From an uncultured Candidatus Binatia bacterium (GTDB lineage: Bacteria; Desulfobacterota; Binatia; UBA9968; CAXXLF01), in the NCBI GenBank assembly GCA_965218425.1, contig OZ244621.1, positions 3,808,001 through 3,872,000 on the forward strand: 64,000 nt of DNA, read 5' to 3'. Below, in pieces: positions 49,333 through 60,686 of the stretch (position 1 is its first letter; the number at the start of each line of letters is the position of its first letter). The notes below the pieces were generated by a model. It did no database searches, was not told the origin of the DNA, and was given only the letters and a program-made list of their open reading frames with translations. The translations under genes were made by a program, and so were the position numbers.

Positions 49333-50197
49333 CTTCGGATACGTCGCACCCCATTCTCTCGAGGATGCCCTCCAGCTACTAACCCGGTACGGAGGGGATG
49401 CCAAGTTACTTGCGGGGGGACATAGCCTTATCCCAGCCATGAAGCTCAGGTTGGCGGCCCCCCGTGCCCTGATCGATCTTGGCCAGGTACCAGGTCTCAG
49501 GGGGATACGGGAGGATGGAGGTAACCTGGTGATTGGCGCACTGACTGTGCATGCAGACGTTGCCTCGTCCGAGGCCGTACGTCGGCTTCTGCCTGGCTTG
49601 GCCACCGCGGCCGCGAGTATCGGGGACTGGCAGGTGAGAAATCGGGGAACCATCGGCGGCAGTGTCGCCCATGCCGATCCAGCGGCGGACTTTCCCGTTA
49701 TCCTAACCGCGCTAAACGCATCGTTCGTTCTAGTCTCGCCATCCGGCAGACGAAACGTTTCCGTCGATGACTTCTTCGTCGATTATTACACCACTGCCCT
49801 GGCTTCGAACGAAGTCCTCACGGAGATTATCGTCCCATTACCCCTTTCCGGTACCGGCACCGCCTACGCGAAGCTGGAGCACCCTGCATCAAGGTACGTC
49901 GTCGTGAGCGCGGGGGCACTGATCACCCGGCGCCCCGCCGGGCAATGCGAGTCAGCAAGAATAGTCATTGGCGGGTTGGGAAGCGGCCCGATACGCGCAC
50001 AGGCTACGGAGATGGCCCTTCAGGGAATGACCCTCACAAAGGAAGTTATCGCTGCAGCGGCATCCAAGGCCGCTGACGGCACGAATCCAGATGGAGACAT
50101 CTATGCAAGCGCGCACTACAAGCGACAAACGGCCACGGTTTACGCCCGGCGTGCCATGGAGGAAGCCGCGGAAGGCATGGGAGATACAGACAAATAA
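49319..50197 (+). CDS. CoxM/CutM-like FAD subunit
   Basis: AGGHSLIP.MKLRLA, QVRNRGTIGG, HADPAAD. Confidence 0.93.
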   Translation: MFPASFGYVAPHSLEDALQLLTRYGGDAKLLAGGHSLIPAMKLRLAAPRALIDLGQVPGLRGIREDGGNLVIGALTVHADVASSEAVRRLLPGLATAAASIGDWQVRNRGTIGGSVAHADPAADFPVILTALNASFVLVSPSGRRNVSVDDFFVDYYTTALASNEVLTEIIVPLPLSGTGTAYAKLEHPASRYVVVSAGALITRRPAGQCESARIVIGGLGSGPIRAQATEMALQGMTLTKEVIAAAASKAADGTNPDGDIYASAHYKRQTATVYARRAMEEAAEGMGDTDK

Positions 50198-50302
50198 AAA
50201 TGAAGAATCTCGTTCGCGCTCGTGCTCGTATTGATCACGGACACGAAGCACAAATACAAAGACATGGAATCTACTCAAAAAGATTCTAATAGAGGCATCG
50301 TA

Positions 50303-52633
50303 ATGGCAGTAGAACACACGAGCAGCGGGCTCATCGGTCAATCCATTCGCCGGGTCGAGGATGCAGCGCTGCTAACCGGCAAAGGGTGTTTTGTGGACGA
50401 CATCCAGTTACCCGCAACCCTTCACATGGCATTCTTGCGTAGCCCATACCCCCATGCAAAGGTAATTTCCATCGATACGACTGCGGCACGAGCCTTATCA
50501 GGGGTCGAAGCCGTCATAACCGCAGATGACCTTCCCGGGGAGATGACTATGCCGGTACCCCCCATGGTTCGTGGCATGAAGACTCCGCCCCATCCGGTGC
50601 TGGCTCGAGGAACGGTTCACGCCGCGGGTGCTCCCGTGGCAGCCGTAGTTGCTCAAACCCGCGCTATCGCTGAAGACGCTGTGAGTGCCATCGATGTGGA
50701 ATACGAATCCATGCCTTCAGTGGTGGATGCCGTAAAAGCTCTGGAACCGAACGCACCGTTGGCACGGGAGGAAGTGGACACTAACGTCTGTTACACAGCA
50801 TCGAGAAAAGGTGGAGATGTGGATAAGGCATTCGCCGAGGCCGACCATATTTGCCGCATGCATATTGCCAGCCCTCGCCTGGTTGCCATGGCCATGGAGA
50901 CAAGGGGCGCTCTGGCTAGTCCGGATCCCATGGGGCAAGGGCTCACTGTCTGGCTTTCAACCCAGAGCCCGCACCGCGCACGCGCGGATCTGGCCGTGGC
51001 CGTAGGCTATCCCGAGCACAGGATACGGCTTATTGCGCCCGACATTGGCGGAGGGTTCGGCAGCAAAGGGCCGATTTACCGCGAGTACGTGCTGGCCTGT
51101 CACCTGGCGCTAAATTTAGGTCGGCCCGTCAAGTGGATCGCCACTCGGAGCGAGGATTTTCTTACGGTGATTCAGGGTCGCGACCAAGACCTGACATCCG
51201 AGCTAGCCCTCAAGCGGGACGGCACCATGCTTGGATTGAAGGTCCGTGTGGTCGCCAACCTGGGCGCTTATTTGCAATCGAATACGGCAGGCCCGCCCCA
51301 GCGCATGATGGCCATGGCACCCGGTTGCTATCAGATCCCCAACGTCGACGTAGAGGTAGTGTCGGTTTTTACCAATACCGTCTCCACGGGACCCTATCGT
51401 GGCGCTGGACGACCCGAATCGGTGCAAAACATCGAGCGATTAATCGACAAGGCGGCAAGGGAGCTGGGATTGGACCGGCTGGAGATCCGGCGCAAGAACT
51501 TTATTCGACCGGATCAGTTCCCCTACCGCACCGGTGTGAACGTTGAATACGACTCCGGTGACTATGAAAAGTCCCTTTCGGAGGCCCTGCGGATCTCAGA
51601 CTACGAGAACCTGTCGCGTTATCGTGACGAAGCCCGATCCCGGGGGGAACTGGTTGGCGTCGGTATCTCAACGTTTGTTGAACCCAGCGGCGGTGCCGGT
51701 TTTGAAAGCGGTACGGTACGCGTGGAGCGTACCGGGGAGATCACGGTCCTCACCGGTTCCAGCGCCCACGGCCAGGGACATGAGACAGCCTTTGCACAGG
51801 TGACGGCTGAAAGGATGCGCGTTTCCATGGACCACGTGGCCATTCGACATGGAGATACGATTGCCATCCAACAGGGGGTTGGTACCTTCGGGAGCCGGAG
51901 CGCCGTCATGGGTGGCGGGGCCATGGCCATTGCATGTGACCGTGTCATTGAAAAAGCCAAGCGCATCGCAGCCCATTTAATGGAAGCCGCACCCGAGGAC
52001 GTGGTTCAAGTGGATGGCGGATTCGCGGTGGCGGGAGTCCCCAATCGGACCGCCACTTGGAAGCAGGTGGCGGGCTCTGCGTATGGAAGAGTCCCGCCGG
52101 GGATGGAACCGGGGCTTCAGGAAATGGCCTTCTATAATCCGAGACGCGACGCTTGGGGTTTTGGTGCCCATGTGGTACTGGTAAAAATAGATCGGGAGAC
52201 AGGAAAGCCGACCATTGAGAAGCTGGTGTTGGTGGACGACTGCGGCGTCATCATCAACCCTATGATCGTGGAAGGACAGGTCCACGGCGGCGTAGCACAG
52301 GGATTGGGCGAGGCCGTCTGCGAACAAATGCTCTTTGGCGAAAACGGTGAGGCACTCACCGGGTCGCTGATAGGTTACGCCGTGCCCCGTGCCAGCGACA
52401 TGCCGCCACTCGTACTCGGCGAGACCGTGACACCGAACCCCTTTCATCCATTCGGTGTAAAAGGCGTGGGCGAGGCGGGCTGCAATGGGGCCCCGGCTGC
52501 AGTGGCCAATGCGGTGCTGGATGCACTGGTTCCCCTTGGCATCGAAGACCTTAGCATGCCGTACACAGCTCCCAAACTTTGGGAAGCCATCCGACAGGCG
52601 GAAGCAGGCACGAATCCTTCAACTCGTGAATAA
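50303..52633 (+). CDS. Xanthine dehydrogenase family Mo-binding subunit (CoxL-like, not form I)
   Basis: RVED..LLTG, GGGFGSK, PYRGAGRPE, HGQGHET, GQVHGGVAQG, KGVGEAG; ATG 50303 after GAGG. Confidence 0.92.
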   Translation: MAVEHTSSGLIGQSIRRVEDAALLTGKGCFVDDIQLPATLHMAFLRSPYPHAKVISIDTTAARALSGVEAVITADDLPGEMTMPVPPMVRGMKTPPHPVLARGTVHAAGAPVAAVVAQTRAIAEDAVSAIDVEYESMPSVVDAVKALEPNAPLAREEVDTNVCYTASRKGGDVDKAFAEADHICRMHIASPRLVAMAMETRGALASPDPMGQGLTVWLSTQSPHRARADLAVAVGYPEHRIRLIAPDIGGGFGSKGPIYREYVLACHLALNLGRPVKWIATRSEDFLTVIQGRDQDLTSELALKRDGTMLGLKVRVVANLGAYLQSNTAGPPQRMMAMAPGCYQIPNVDVEVVSVFTNTVSTGPYRGAGRPESVQNIERLIDKAARELGLDRLEIRRKNFIRPDQFPYRTGVNVEYDSGDYEKSLSEALRISDYENLSRYRDEARSRGELVGVGISTFVEPSGGAGFESGTVRVERTGEITVLTGSSAHGQGHETAFAQVTAERMRVSMDHVAIRHGDTIAIQQGVGTFGSRSAVMGGGAMAIACDRVIEKAKRIAAHLMEAAPEDVVQVDGGFAVAGVPNRTATWKQVAGSAYGRVPPGMEPGLQEMAFYNPRRDAWGFGAHVVLVKIDRETGKPTIEKLVLVDDCGVIINPMIVEGQVHGGVAQGLGEAVCEQMLFGENGEALTGSLIGYAVPRASDMPPLVLGETVTPNPFHPFGVKGVGEAGCNGAPAAVANAVLDALVPLGIEDLSMPYTAPKLWEAIRQAEAGTNPSTRE

Positions 52634-52880
52634 ACACCGGTACAGGTTCCTGCTGATCTGACGACCCCCGTGCGCCTGTAATGGAAACACTCTGGTCCGC
52701 CCGAAGCGACGCGAACCCCTGCCCTACAGATCCATAATCGTCTCTGGGACCTTGGCTGAACCTTTCAGACGGTCTGTTTAACATCGATAGTCCCGATTAA
52801 CCAAGGTACACGCCAACTATGCTGCCTATCTCCAGAGGTAGGCATATCCCTATACTGCCAAGGGGATTTCGGTGAACCTA

Positions 52881-53970
52881 TTGATCCTCGTATAATATAA
52901 TGACATCAGAAAAGGCTGGACTGTTTCCAGAAGGCGGTAACGAGACGAGGCCTGCGGCGCATTCGGCAAAGGGCCCGACGAGCATGGTGGCTGAGTTGAG
53001 CGAAGTCCTTGGCACAGAAGTTGGGCAGTTCATGATGCTTCCAGTATCCCCAGAGGTATTCGACGGGATTCAGTTCCGGTGCATAGGCCGGCAACCGTTC
53101 CAGCACCAACGCGCCTTCGGTAGCGGCAACAAAGTCCCGAACCAACCGGCTCTGGTGGCTGGGCAGTCCGTCCCACACTACCAGCAGCGGCCCGGAAACA
53201 TGACGCATCAAGTGCTTCAGGAATTCGATGATCTGGGGGCTCTTGATGGCTCCCGGATACACTCGAAAGTACAAGCGCCACCAGGTGACTCCGGCGATGG
53301 CCGACAGACTCTTCCAGTTGAAGTGATATTGCAGCACTGGCGTCTGTCCTCGGGGCGACCACGTACGATACCGATTCGGCCGCTCGCTCAGCCCGCTTTC
53401 GTCCACGAACACTATGGTTCGCCCCTCGTTTCGGGCTTTTTTTTAATCTCCGGCCAGCGCTTCTTCTTCCACTGCCGGATCGCCTCTTCATCTCGTTCCA
53501 AGGCACGTCCCGTCGGCCGCTGGCAACTCCACCCCAACTGCCGCAATATCCGCCAAACATGGCCCGGATGGTATGTGACTCCGCAGGCTTCCCCAATCAA
53601 GTGGGCCACTCGCCTTGCGGTCCACAGGCTCGTGTCGTACCCCAGCGCTTCGGGTCCCCGTTTCAAACCGCCCTCGATCTTCTTCAGATCCGCCGGGCTC
53701 AGTCGCGGCTTGCGTCCGGCACGCCCCGCCTGCTTGAGCCCGGCTCTGCCGCTCTCGGCCAACTGCCGCGCCCATCGATTCACCGACTGGCGGTGCACTC
53801 CCACCCAACGCGCCACCTCCGCCTCCGACAGCCCTCGCTTCAACAGCCTCCCCGCCTCCATCCGCCGTCGCTCCAATGCTTCAAAGTCCCGTCGCACTCC
53901 AAGTGGGTTTCCCATACCACCACTATACATTAAGTTCTTATCCAATGTTACTATATTATGCGGTTCTCAA
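52881..53970 (-). mobile_element. IS630-family element, copy 1 (1090 bp)
   Basis: Imperfect terminal IRs (TTGATCCTCGTATAATATAATGACAT / ATGTTACTATATTATGCGGTTCTCAA), TA duplication at 52879-80 and 53971-72. Confidence 0.93.
52906..53915 (-). CDS. IS630 transposase, ORF A + ORF B joined by probable -1 frameshift at an A8 run (~53440)
   Basis: HTH (WT..RV, YH...VWRIL), slippery AAAAAAAAG, then DDE: FVDESG, WDG, LPAYAPELNPVE. Confidence 0.88.
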
Positions 53971-54016
53971 TAGTCAGGCTATGCTCCCCAGACTCTTACA
54001 ATTCTGAGCAAATAGT

Positions 54017-54093
54017 TGGCGCGCCCGAAGGGACTCGAACCCCCAGCCTACAGATCCGTAGTCTGCCGCTCTGTCCAATTGAGCTACGGGCGC
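54017..54093 (-). tRNA. tRNA-Arg(ACG)
   Basis: GCGCCCGTAGCTCAATTGGACAGAGC...GACTACGGATC...GGTTCGAGTCC...GGGCGCGCCA. Confidence 0.96.
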
Positions 54094-54458
54094 GCAAGTC
54101 ACGGTCAGAATAAATGGTGGGGTAACGGTTTAAATCCAACGCCCAAGTTAGCACAGTGGATCGCCCTTTTCCAGAAAAGCAGGGTAATGGACCCTCGCGA
54201 TTTAGCGTTCATGAAAACCCAAGGAATCATACAAATTCAAAAACCGATGTCGATAGGGCAACCGAAGAGTAAGTCCTGAAGAGCGCGGGCACAGGAGCGT
54301 AGAGGATGCGTTCAGGCCCAAGCGGCGCAGATATCCGCCCTTGGAGCGGACGGGGTGGTGGCCCTCAAGGTAAAGGCCCATTGACCGAGATCGAAAGGGC
54401 TCGGCCCGAAGATTGGAGTTGGGTCACTTGTCTAGAAATATTCTTCGCCAGCCCTAAA

Positions 54459-55610
54459 TTAGCCGGCCGCCAGTTGCTCCATGAACCAGTCCGCAATATC
54501 CGTCCTGCGGTCAAAGCGCTTTTCGCCGTGACCCACGCCGTTCAACATGCGCCGTTTCGAGTTCACGGCCTTTTGGTAGAGCCGAAGGGCCCCGCGCGGG
54601 TCCATGATCCGGTCGTCCTTGCTGTAGCCAATCAGCATGGGACATTCGATTTGATCAACCCGACCATCTAGAGTGAAGGCGCTTATTTTCTCCCGCGCCT
54701 CACTTAAATCCTTAGCACCCATCAGCCAACGCAGGCGCTCCTGAATGGGCGGGTAATAGTCAAAAATATCCTCGCGCAGGCTAAAGGCAGCGCTCCAGAC
54801 CGCCACTGCTTTGATCCGTTTTTCTGCCGTTGCGCATCGCGGCGCCGAGTAGCCTCCCATGCTCGAGCCGTGGATTCCGATGCGGTTACTGTCCACGTCG
54901 GGACGGGTCTCAAGATAATCGATGACGGCCTTGGCTACCCTCTCCGAATCAGGCGGAGCGTAGAGCCTGTTCAAACGCAAAGCACCCCCGTGTCCTGGAC
55001 CGTCAACGTCGAGAAAGGCCAGACCTCTCCTCACATATTGAGCTGCTCCAGCTCCACCGTCGTTTCCCCTATGCAGTATGCCGTCCGCCCCGCCGTAGTT
55101 GTAGACCACCGGATGGCGTGCGCCGGGCTTTCCGCGCACAGGATAAAAGAGTCCCTCGAGCTTATGCCTTTCATAGGGAACCTCGACCCGCTCGAAAGGC
55201 GGCGGGATCATCTCCCAGGCCTTGTCAAACATCTGCCTTAAGCTGTTATAAACGGGGATCATGCGGGGCTCCGACTCCGGCATAAAAAGAACAGCCCGGC
55301 GGTAAAAGTCCGCTGCGCGCCGGTAAAACTCATGGGCCGTGATCCGTCGACCCGCGGCTTCGAACGCCACGGCCATTTCCTCATTCTTCTCAGCGACCCT
55401 CAACCATTCCTCGTACCAGCTTTCCGGGTGGCAGGGTTTCAAGCGGCCGGCAACTTCTGAAATGTCAGGGTCGGGATGATGGGCAGAGAGCTCCATACGA
55501 ATTTCTAATTGCCCACCTCCTGGAAGCCCGGCATGAGAAATTAGGCCCTTGGTCAACTTCTCTTCCTGAGGAATCGTTTCATCATTTCCTAGCCTGTAGT
55601 CTGCTGTCAT
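54459..55610 (-). CDS. Alpha/beta hydrolase (2,6-dihydroxypseudooxynicotine hydrolase/FrsA-like)
   Basis: PPFERVEVPYE, DGPGHG, GSSMGGY.APR, D and GH catalytic residues. Confidence 0.85.
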   Translation of the reverse strand: MTADYRLGNDETIPQEEKLTKGLISHAGLPGGGQLEIRMELSAHHPDPDISEVAGRLKPCHPESWYEEWLRVAEKNEEMAVAFEAAGRRITAHEFYRRAADFYRRAVLFMPESEPRMIPVYNSLRQMFDKAWEMIPPPFERVEVPYERHKLEGLFYPVRGKPGARHPVVYNYGGADGILHRGNDGGAGAAQYVRRGLAFLDVDGPGHGGALRLNRLYAPPDSERVAKAVIDYLETRPDVDSNRIGIHGSSMGGYSAPRCATAEKRIKAVAVWSAAFSLREDIFDYYPPIQERLRWLMGAKDLSEAREKISAFTLDGRVDQIECPMLIGYSKDDRIMDPRGALRLYQKAVNSKRRMLNGVGHGEKRFDRRTDIADWFMEQLAAG

Positions 55611-55708
55611 GTTCACTCCCTCACACGCCCGGTTTCTTGGCCATCTCAATTAGAACAGATTCAACTACCGGAGGGAACCTCCGCCAGAGTGGTACAAAAT
55701 CTATTTAG

Positions 55709-55921
55709 GTTAAGGCACATTCCGATGCCGACGCAGTGTTGCTTCAGGGAAGATGGCCCTCGGCGGCGGCAAAACCGCTTGAAGGAGATATTGGAAGACC
55801 GGTTGTGACGACGGTTACCGCGTCCCTCTGGCGGTTACTCCGGATGCTGGCGATTAAAGAACCCATTTATGGCTATGGCCGGTTGCTACGGCAGGAAGAT
55901 TACGGGGCGGTGCTAGCCTAA
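55709..55921 (+). pseudogene. C-terminal remnant of maleate isomerase/arylmalonate decarboxylase-family gene
   Basis: DADAVLL...LEGDIGRPVVT...SLW..LRML.I.EPI.GYGRLL; in-frame stop just upstream. Confidence 0.6.
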
Positions 55922-56017
55922 CGATCTGCAAGTCACGAATTTTCACCAAGTTGACCGGCCGGAGAGACATGATATAAAACAGAACTCGCTCACCGGCATT
56001 TCCACCAGAGCACCCGT

Positions 56018-56872
56018 TCAATTAAAAACAATAGTTTTATTTCCGTAGGGCAGGACGCACCGTTCCAAGTGGAGACGAACAGCCTTCGCCAAGACCACAC
56101 GCTCCAGGTCCCGCCCCTTTCGAACAAACTCCGCCATTGTGTCATGATGGTTCACTCGACTCACGTCCTGCTCGATGATAGGTCCTTCATCGACCGTCGC
56201 CGTCACATAGTGGCTCGTCGCCCCCACAAGTTTGACACCATGATGGCACGCTTGGCCGTAGGGGTTGGCACCGGCAAATGCAGGAAGGAACGAGGGGTGT
56301 ATATTTATAATTCGATTCGGATAATACGAAACAAACTCCTTTGAGAGAACTTGCATATAGCGAGCCAGAATAATCAGGTCTACGTGCAGTGACTCTAACA
56401 ATTCCAGCTCTTTTTGCTCTTGTGCACGCTTGTTCCCAGGAGTTACAGGAAATACATGGTATGGAATTCCATGAGTGGTTGCAACGGATTGCAACCACTC
56501 GTGATTGCTCACGATCGCGACGAATTCCGCCGGGAGCTCGCCCGATCCCTTCCGATACATAAGATCCATGAGGCAATGGTCCAGCTTGGAAACAAAAATC
56601 GCGACTCGTGGCCGCTCATCAGAAAACCGCAATTCCCATTCCATCCCTACATCATTAGCCAAAGGTTGAAAGGCTTGTTTCAATTCCTTATCGGACAGAT
56701 CTAAAGATCCCGGATCCCACTCAACCCTGTAGAAAAATTGACCGGTTTCGGAGTCAATATGCCGGTCCGCATGAAGAATATTTCCATTATGACGAAAGAT
56801 AAATTCCGAAATTCTATAGATAAGCCCCTTTTGATCGCGGCAGGTCATGAGGAGAGTTACGGTTCTATCCAT
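56018..56872 (-). CDS. purU: Formyltetrahydrofolate deformylase
   Basis: ACT N-terminus CRDQKGL, VSKLDHCL, LARYMQVLS, INIHPSFLPAF.GA.PY, GVKLVGATSHYVT, GPIIEQ. Confidence 0.95.
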   Translation of the reverse strand: MDRTVTLLMTCRDQKGLIYRISEFIFRHNGNILHADRHIDSETGQFFYRVEWDPGSLDLSDKELKQAFQPLANDVGMEWELRFSDERPRVAIFVSKLDHCLMDLMYRKGSGELPAEFVAIVSNHEWLQSVATTHGIPYHVFPVTPGNKRAQEQKELELLESLHVDLIILARYMQVLSKEFVSYYPNRIINIHPSFLPAFAGANPYGQACHHGVKLVGATSHYVTATVDEGPIIEQDVSRVNHHDTMAEFVRKGRDLERVVLAKAVRLHLERCVLPYGNKTIVFN

Positions 56873-57106
56873 TAGCCACCTCGGTGTTGTGATTCCAGAG
56901 TTTTTATATCACAGTCCGAATATAATTTGCATATTGGCTGACTGAGGACGAGAGAAAACCGGCGCTGGGCGCGGTCCGGAGCTATCCGGTCTCAGATGGG
57001 AACCATGAAAAACAGGGAATTTACAGGGTATATTGAAGCTATGCCATAGTTGACCTTGCTCAGCGGTTATGTAAGAAACGGTGACTGAGATAGGAGCGTC
57101 GAACGC

Positions 57107-58102
57107 ATGACTAAGATAAGTTATTTTCAAAGATTTTCCCAAAGGGAGAATCACGTCACGAACAACACATTACTGGTCATGAGGCATTTCTACCAAGCAT
57201 CGCCCCAGAAGATCAGCGTAGTCTTGTCAGATCTTGCTAATGATGATTTATCTGTAGGTCTTGAATTTGGACAGCAAGTCAGACTGTCCGATGGCGTTCC
57301 TGACGCCCTGATATCACAAGCTCCTCTGGATATCTATATTGAAACTAAACGCGGAGGACAACTCGATCAAGAACAAATAAAGCGGCACATCGGATCAATG
57401 GCTAAGAATTCCGCCATTCGGTCACAGACAATTTTGTTAGGGTTGACCAGAACGTCGATTGAGAAGAAGGTTCGCGATGAGCTCATAGGGGAAGCCAAAA
57501 TAAAGAATATTATATTCGTACCAATCACTTTTGCTGATATCGTTTGATCACTTCGACCTGTCTGTGAAAATCATGAAATCGCGCTGCGTGAGGTTCTATC
57601 TGACTATGAAGACTATCTGAAGGTCGAAAATCTCCTTCAAATTGATGAAGTAATGAGCGTCTTTCCCTGGGGGACATCGATGAACGAGAATCTTGAATAT
57701 CGACTCTATTTTGAACCACCTGAACGATCATCGAAAGCGGAATCGAAATTTATCGGCTTGTATAGTGAAAAGCGCATTGGGCATTTGGCATCAATCAAGA
57801 CCATCGTGACAGGTATTGAGGGTCCTGATAGCTTTGTAGTGACAGACACTGAGAAGGGAAAGCTATCGAACGAAGAAAAAAAACGGATCAAGGGCGGACT
57901 GTGTTTATTATCCTGGCCTTGCTCAAGAGGAGCATCGCTACTACCTTTTTGACGAAATGCGCGAAACAAACTTTGTCAAGTCGTCAAAACACGGTTGCTG
58001 AATCGCCGGGATTTAGATCTGTCCCACTGGTTAGACTATGAGAAGAAGAAGGAGTACTCGGCGCAAGAAGCGGCAGAGGGCCTAAGGAATCAGGAATTTT
58101 GA
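57107..58102 (+). pseudogene. AT-rich hypothetical gene with PD-(D/E)XK-like N-terminus; nonsense TGA and frameshifts
   Basis: EN..T, VPDA...IETK; in-frame TGA 57545-47; further frame changes ~57890-57995. Confidence 0.6.
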
Positions 58103-58525
58103 ATAGCGCTCTAACATTGTTTGGTTCATCTCGGCACCTCCTCTCGGACACACTCAACCGGACAGCTGGCGTGCTGCCTAAACTGGGCACGTCAAGTGCT
58201 AGCGGCGGGCTAGAATCGTGTCCTGAAGGCGCTACGTGCTCAAGGTTTCGAAGGGGATGGGGCAGCAAAGAGCGAGTCATCTAAATCTTTTGCCGGGCAA
58301 AGCGGATCGAACCTTCATCGAGGCACCTCGGGTGCGTCGGGTGTGACAATTAAACGCCGAAGGGCGTCCGCATCGTTTTTCCGCTCCGCTCAAATGCCTG
58401 GGTGCTACAAACTGTTGTGTATCCGGCAGTTAGCCCGAGCTGCCGACGACGCATCACACACAATATGCATACGTGGGCGCCGATGCTGACGTGCCTGTCA
58501 CCCGCTCCCTGTACTCATGCAGGGG

Positions 58526-58975
58526 TCACGTCCGTTCGCCCCGAATCGGCTCCGGCGCTTCCACGCGAACGGTCACGATATCCATGTCGTAGTATTGCTG
58601 GTGGCGGACCGAGGATGCATGGTGCCGAAGCAAACGAAGTGAAATTTCCCGCTCGAGCGGTGCTCCGGCTTTCTGCTCACCGAGTAGCACGATCCGGTCC
58701 TGAATGTTTCCCTCGCCGACCGCGGCGACAAACTCGAGAACCGCCCCGCCACCCTCCTTGTGCGCGACTAGAAGCAGTCGCCCTTGTTCACGCTGTGCTT
58801 CACCCTCATCCTGACGGAAAAGCGTCAGCAAAGTCTCTTCAGCGGCGGCTTCAAGGCGGTCCGTCATCGCCTTGTCCCAACCGCTACGGGACGCGAACGC
58901 GCCGAGAAACTCCCTGATCTTCGGCAGGGCCGAGGGATCCAGCTCCGCCTCGACCCGACTGCGGCGCGGTTCCGA
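58526..58975 (-). pseudogene. 5'-truncated C-terminal gene fragment, possibly the tail of an NCS2-type permease
   Basis: Open frame EPRRSRVEAELDPSALPKIREFL...EREISLRLLRHHASSVRHQQY; family call from memory. Confidence 0.45.
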
Positions 58976-60240
58976 ACACGCTGCTCGTAGCTCACCGCTT
59001 TATCAGTCACGGCAACCGCGACTGGCCGTCGACTCTGGAAGAACATGACGTCTCGTTCGGCGTTCGGGGACGGCTGCTGGCCGGTATCGGCTAGGACGGG
59101 CATCTGCGAACCTACCGTTACGAGGGCGTACTGCCCGGCAATACCTTCGTGAGCGAGGGGGAGATCCAGCAGGCCATCGACGAAGGCCGTCACGATCTCG
59201 AGAATCCGCTGTCGACGGCGCCCGAACACTTGGCGGCTGTTCGCGAGACCGGACTGCGGCTGGACCGACACCAGGGCGTCGAGCACAAAACGGGTCGGTT
59301 CTCGCTGGACGGCGCGGCGTTCGCACTGGCCGGCGGCGACCTGCGGTGGGCGGCGGGCGCCGAGATCGATTACGAAGAGCAGCACGATGACAGCGGCTAC
59401 GGACACGCCTTCGTCTTCGGCGACACTCACGACGCGGCCGATGTGTTGGGCTCCGGGGGAATAACATTCGAGGGTGACCGCCGGCGCTTGTCGGCTTTGG
59501 GCGAAATGATGCTGCCGCCGCTTCCCGGTTGGACAGTCACGCTCGCAGGACGCCATGACAGTTACGACGATGTCAGGAGGGCGTTCTCGCACCAGGTTTC
59601 GAGCGCGTACCGGGTGAACCGGATGCTCACGGTGCGGGGATCCTGGGACAGGGGTTCGCGGCCTCCCTCGCTGGCCGCTATGCACGCATCGTCAACCATC
59701 TTCTATCCATATGTCTGCGACACCAGGACGTTCACCGGCGCGTTGGCGGATTGCGATCGTGCCCAGGTGGAGATGGTGAGCGGCGGCAACCCCAAGCTGG
59801 AACCGGACGGGTCGGAGGCCTTCAGCGCGGGCGCGAAGGCGAGCCTCGGTTTCCTGACCGTGAGCGCCGACTGGTTCCGGATCGAGATATCCGAGGCGCC
59901 GGCGTTGCTTCCCACACAAACACTCGTCGACATGGAGGCGAAGGGCCAGGCACTACGGTCCACCGCGACGGCGAGAATGGTCCGATCACGCGGATCGTGA
60001 ATCCTGTGGTCAATACCGGCGAAGAGACCGCTTCCGGGGTCGATATACGGGCGCACGCCCGATGGAACGCTGCACTGGCGGGACCCGCTGGGCCTGAAGG
60101 GGATGAAGCTGATCGGGGGCGTGCTCAACATCGCGGATCGCGGACCCTCCGTCGATTCCTCGGATCCGAGCGAAGCGGACACGAGGCTCGATTCCGTCCG
60201 CGGCCGGACGTTCTTTCTGAGGGGCGGGATGTCGTGGTGA
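58970..60240 (+). pseudogene. TonB-dependent receptor barrel fragment
   Basis: AGRHDSYDDV, RGSW, GGNPKLEP, DWFRIE, VN, C-terminal GRTFFLRGGMSW; in-frame TAG ~59092, frameshifts, no plug domain. Confidence 0.75.
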
Positions 60241-60686
60241 GGCTGGTTCGAGATATCAGCCGTCCCGAGCGACTGATGACCACTTTATAATTCATCGCCG
60301 GAAATCATGGACTCGTCGAAGTCTATGGCGCGAATGACGTTCGAACCGCAGGACATCAGGTAGTTCAGCAACGACATTACAATCCCGTAAACTGGCTATC
60401 TCATGTCCCCATGAAGTATCAAATCTGGGGACAAGAATGACTCTGATCGGCGTGCGCAGATTAAGATAATTCGGAGAGTTATGAGAGGCTATATCTCGAT
60501 CATGAGCGAATGTCGGTCTCGGGTAATGCGAGCCCCCGCAACCAAATTAAAACGCTGCAAAGTCAAGAGCTTAGCGGCATTTTTGATTCTGGGCAACCTC
60601 TTCCAGAACACGTTCCGGAATGCCCTCGGAATTTTTCCGAAGGTAATTTCCAGCAACTCAAGATATCTCCTGACCCTCAAACGGGA

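Noticed and set aside
48826..52633. Aerobic CO dehydrogenase (form I)
   Set aside because: Lacks AYXCSFR, gene order is S-M-L, and no coxDEFG genes are adjacent.
52900..53973. 357-aa plus-strand ORF across the IS630
   Set aside because: Antisense shadow of the transposase; broken by a stop in copy 2.
54016..54279. ORF beginning MARPKGLEPP
   Set aside because: Antisense translation of tRNA-Arg.
54100..54455. Possible structured ncRNA between tRNA-Arg and the hydrolase
   Set aside because: GC-rich with short stems, but I could not match any family or support a fold.
57545..57547. Second in-frame TGA as possible selenocysteine
   Set aside because: No redox-Cys context, no clear hairpin downstream, and the gene has further frameshifts; a nonsense mutation is simpler.
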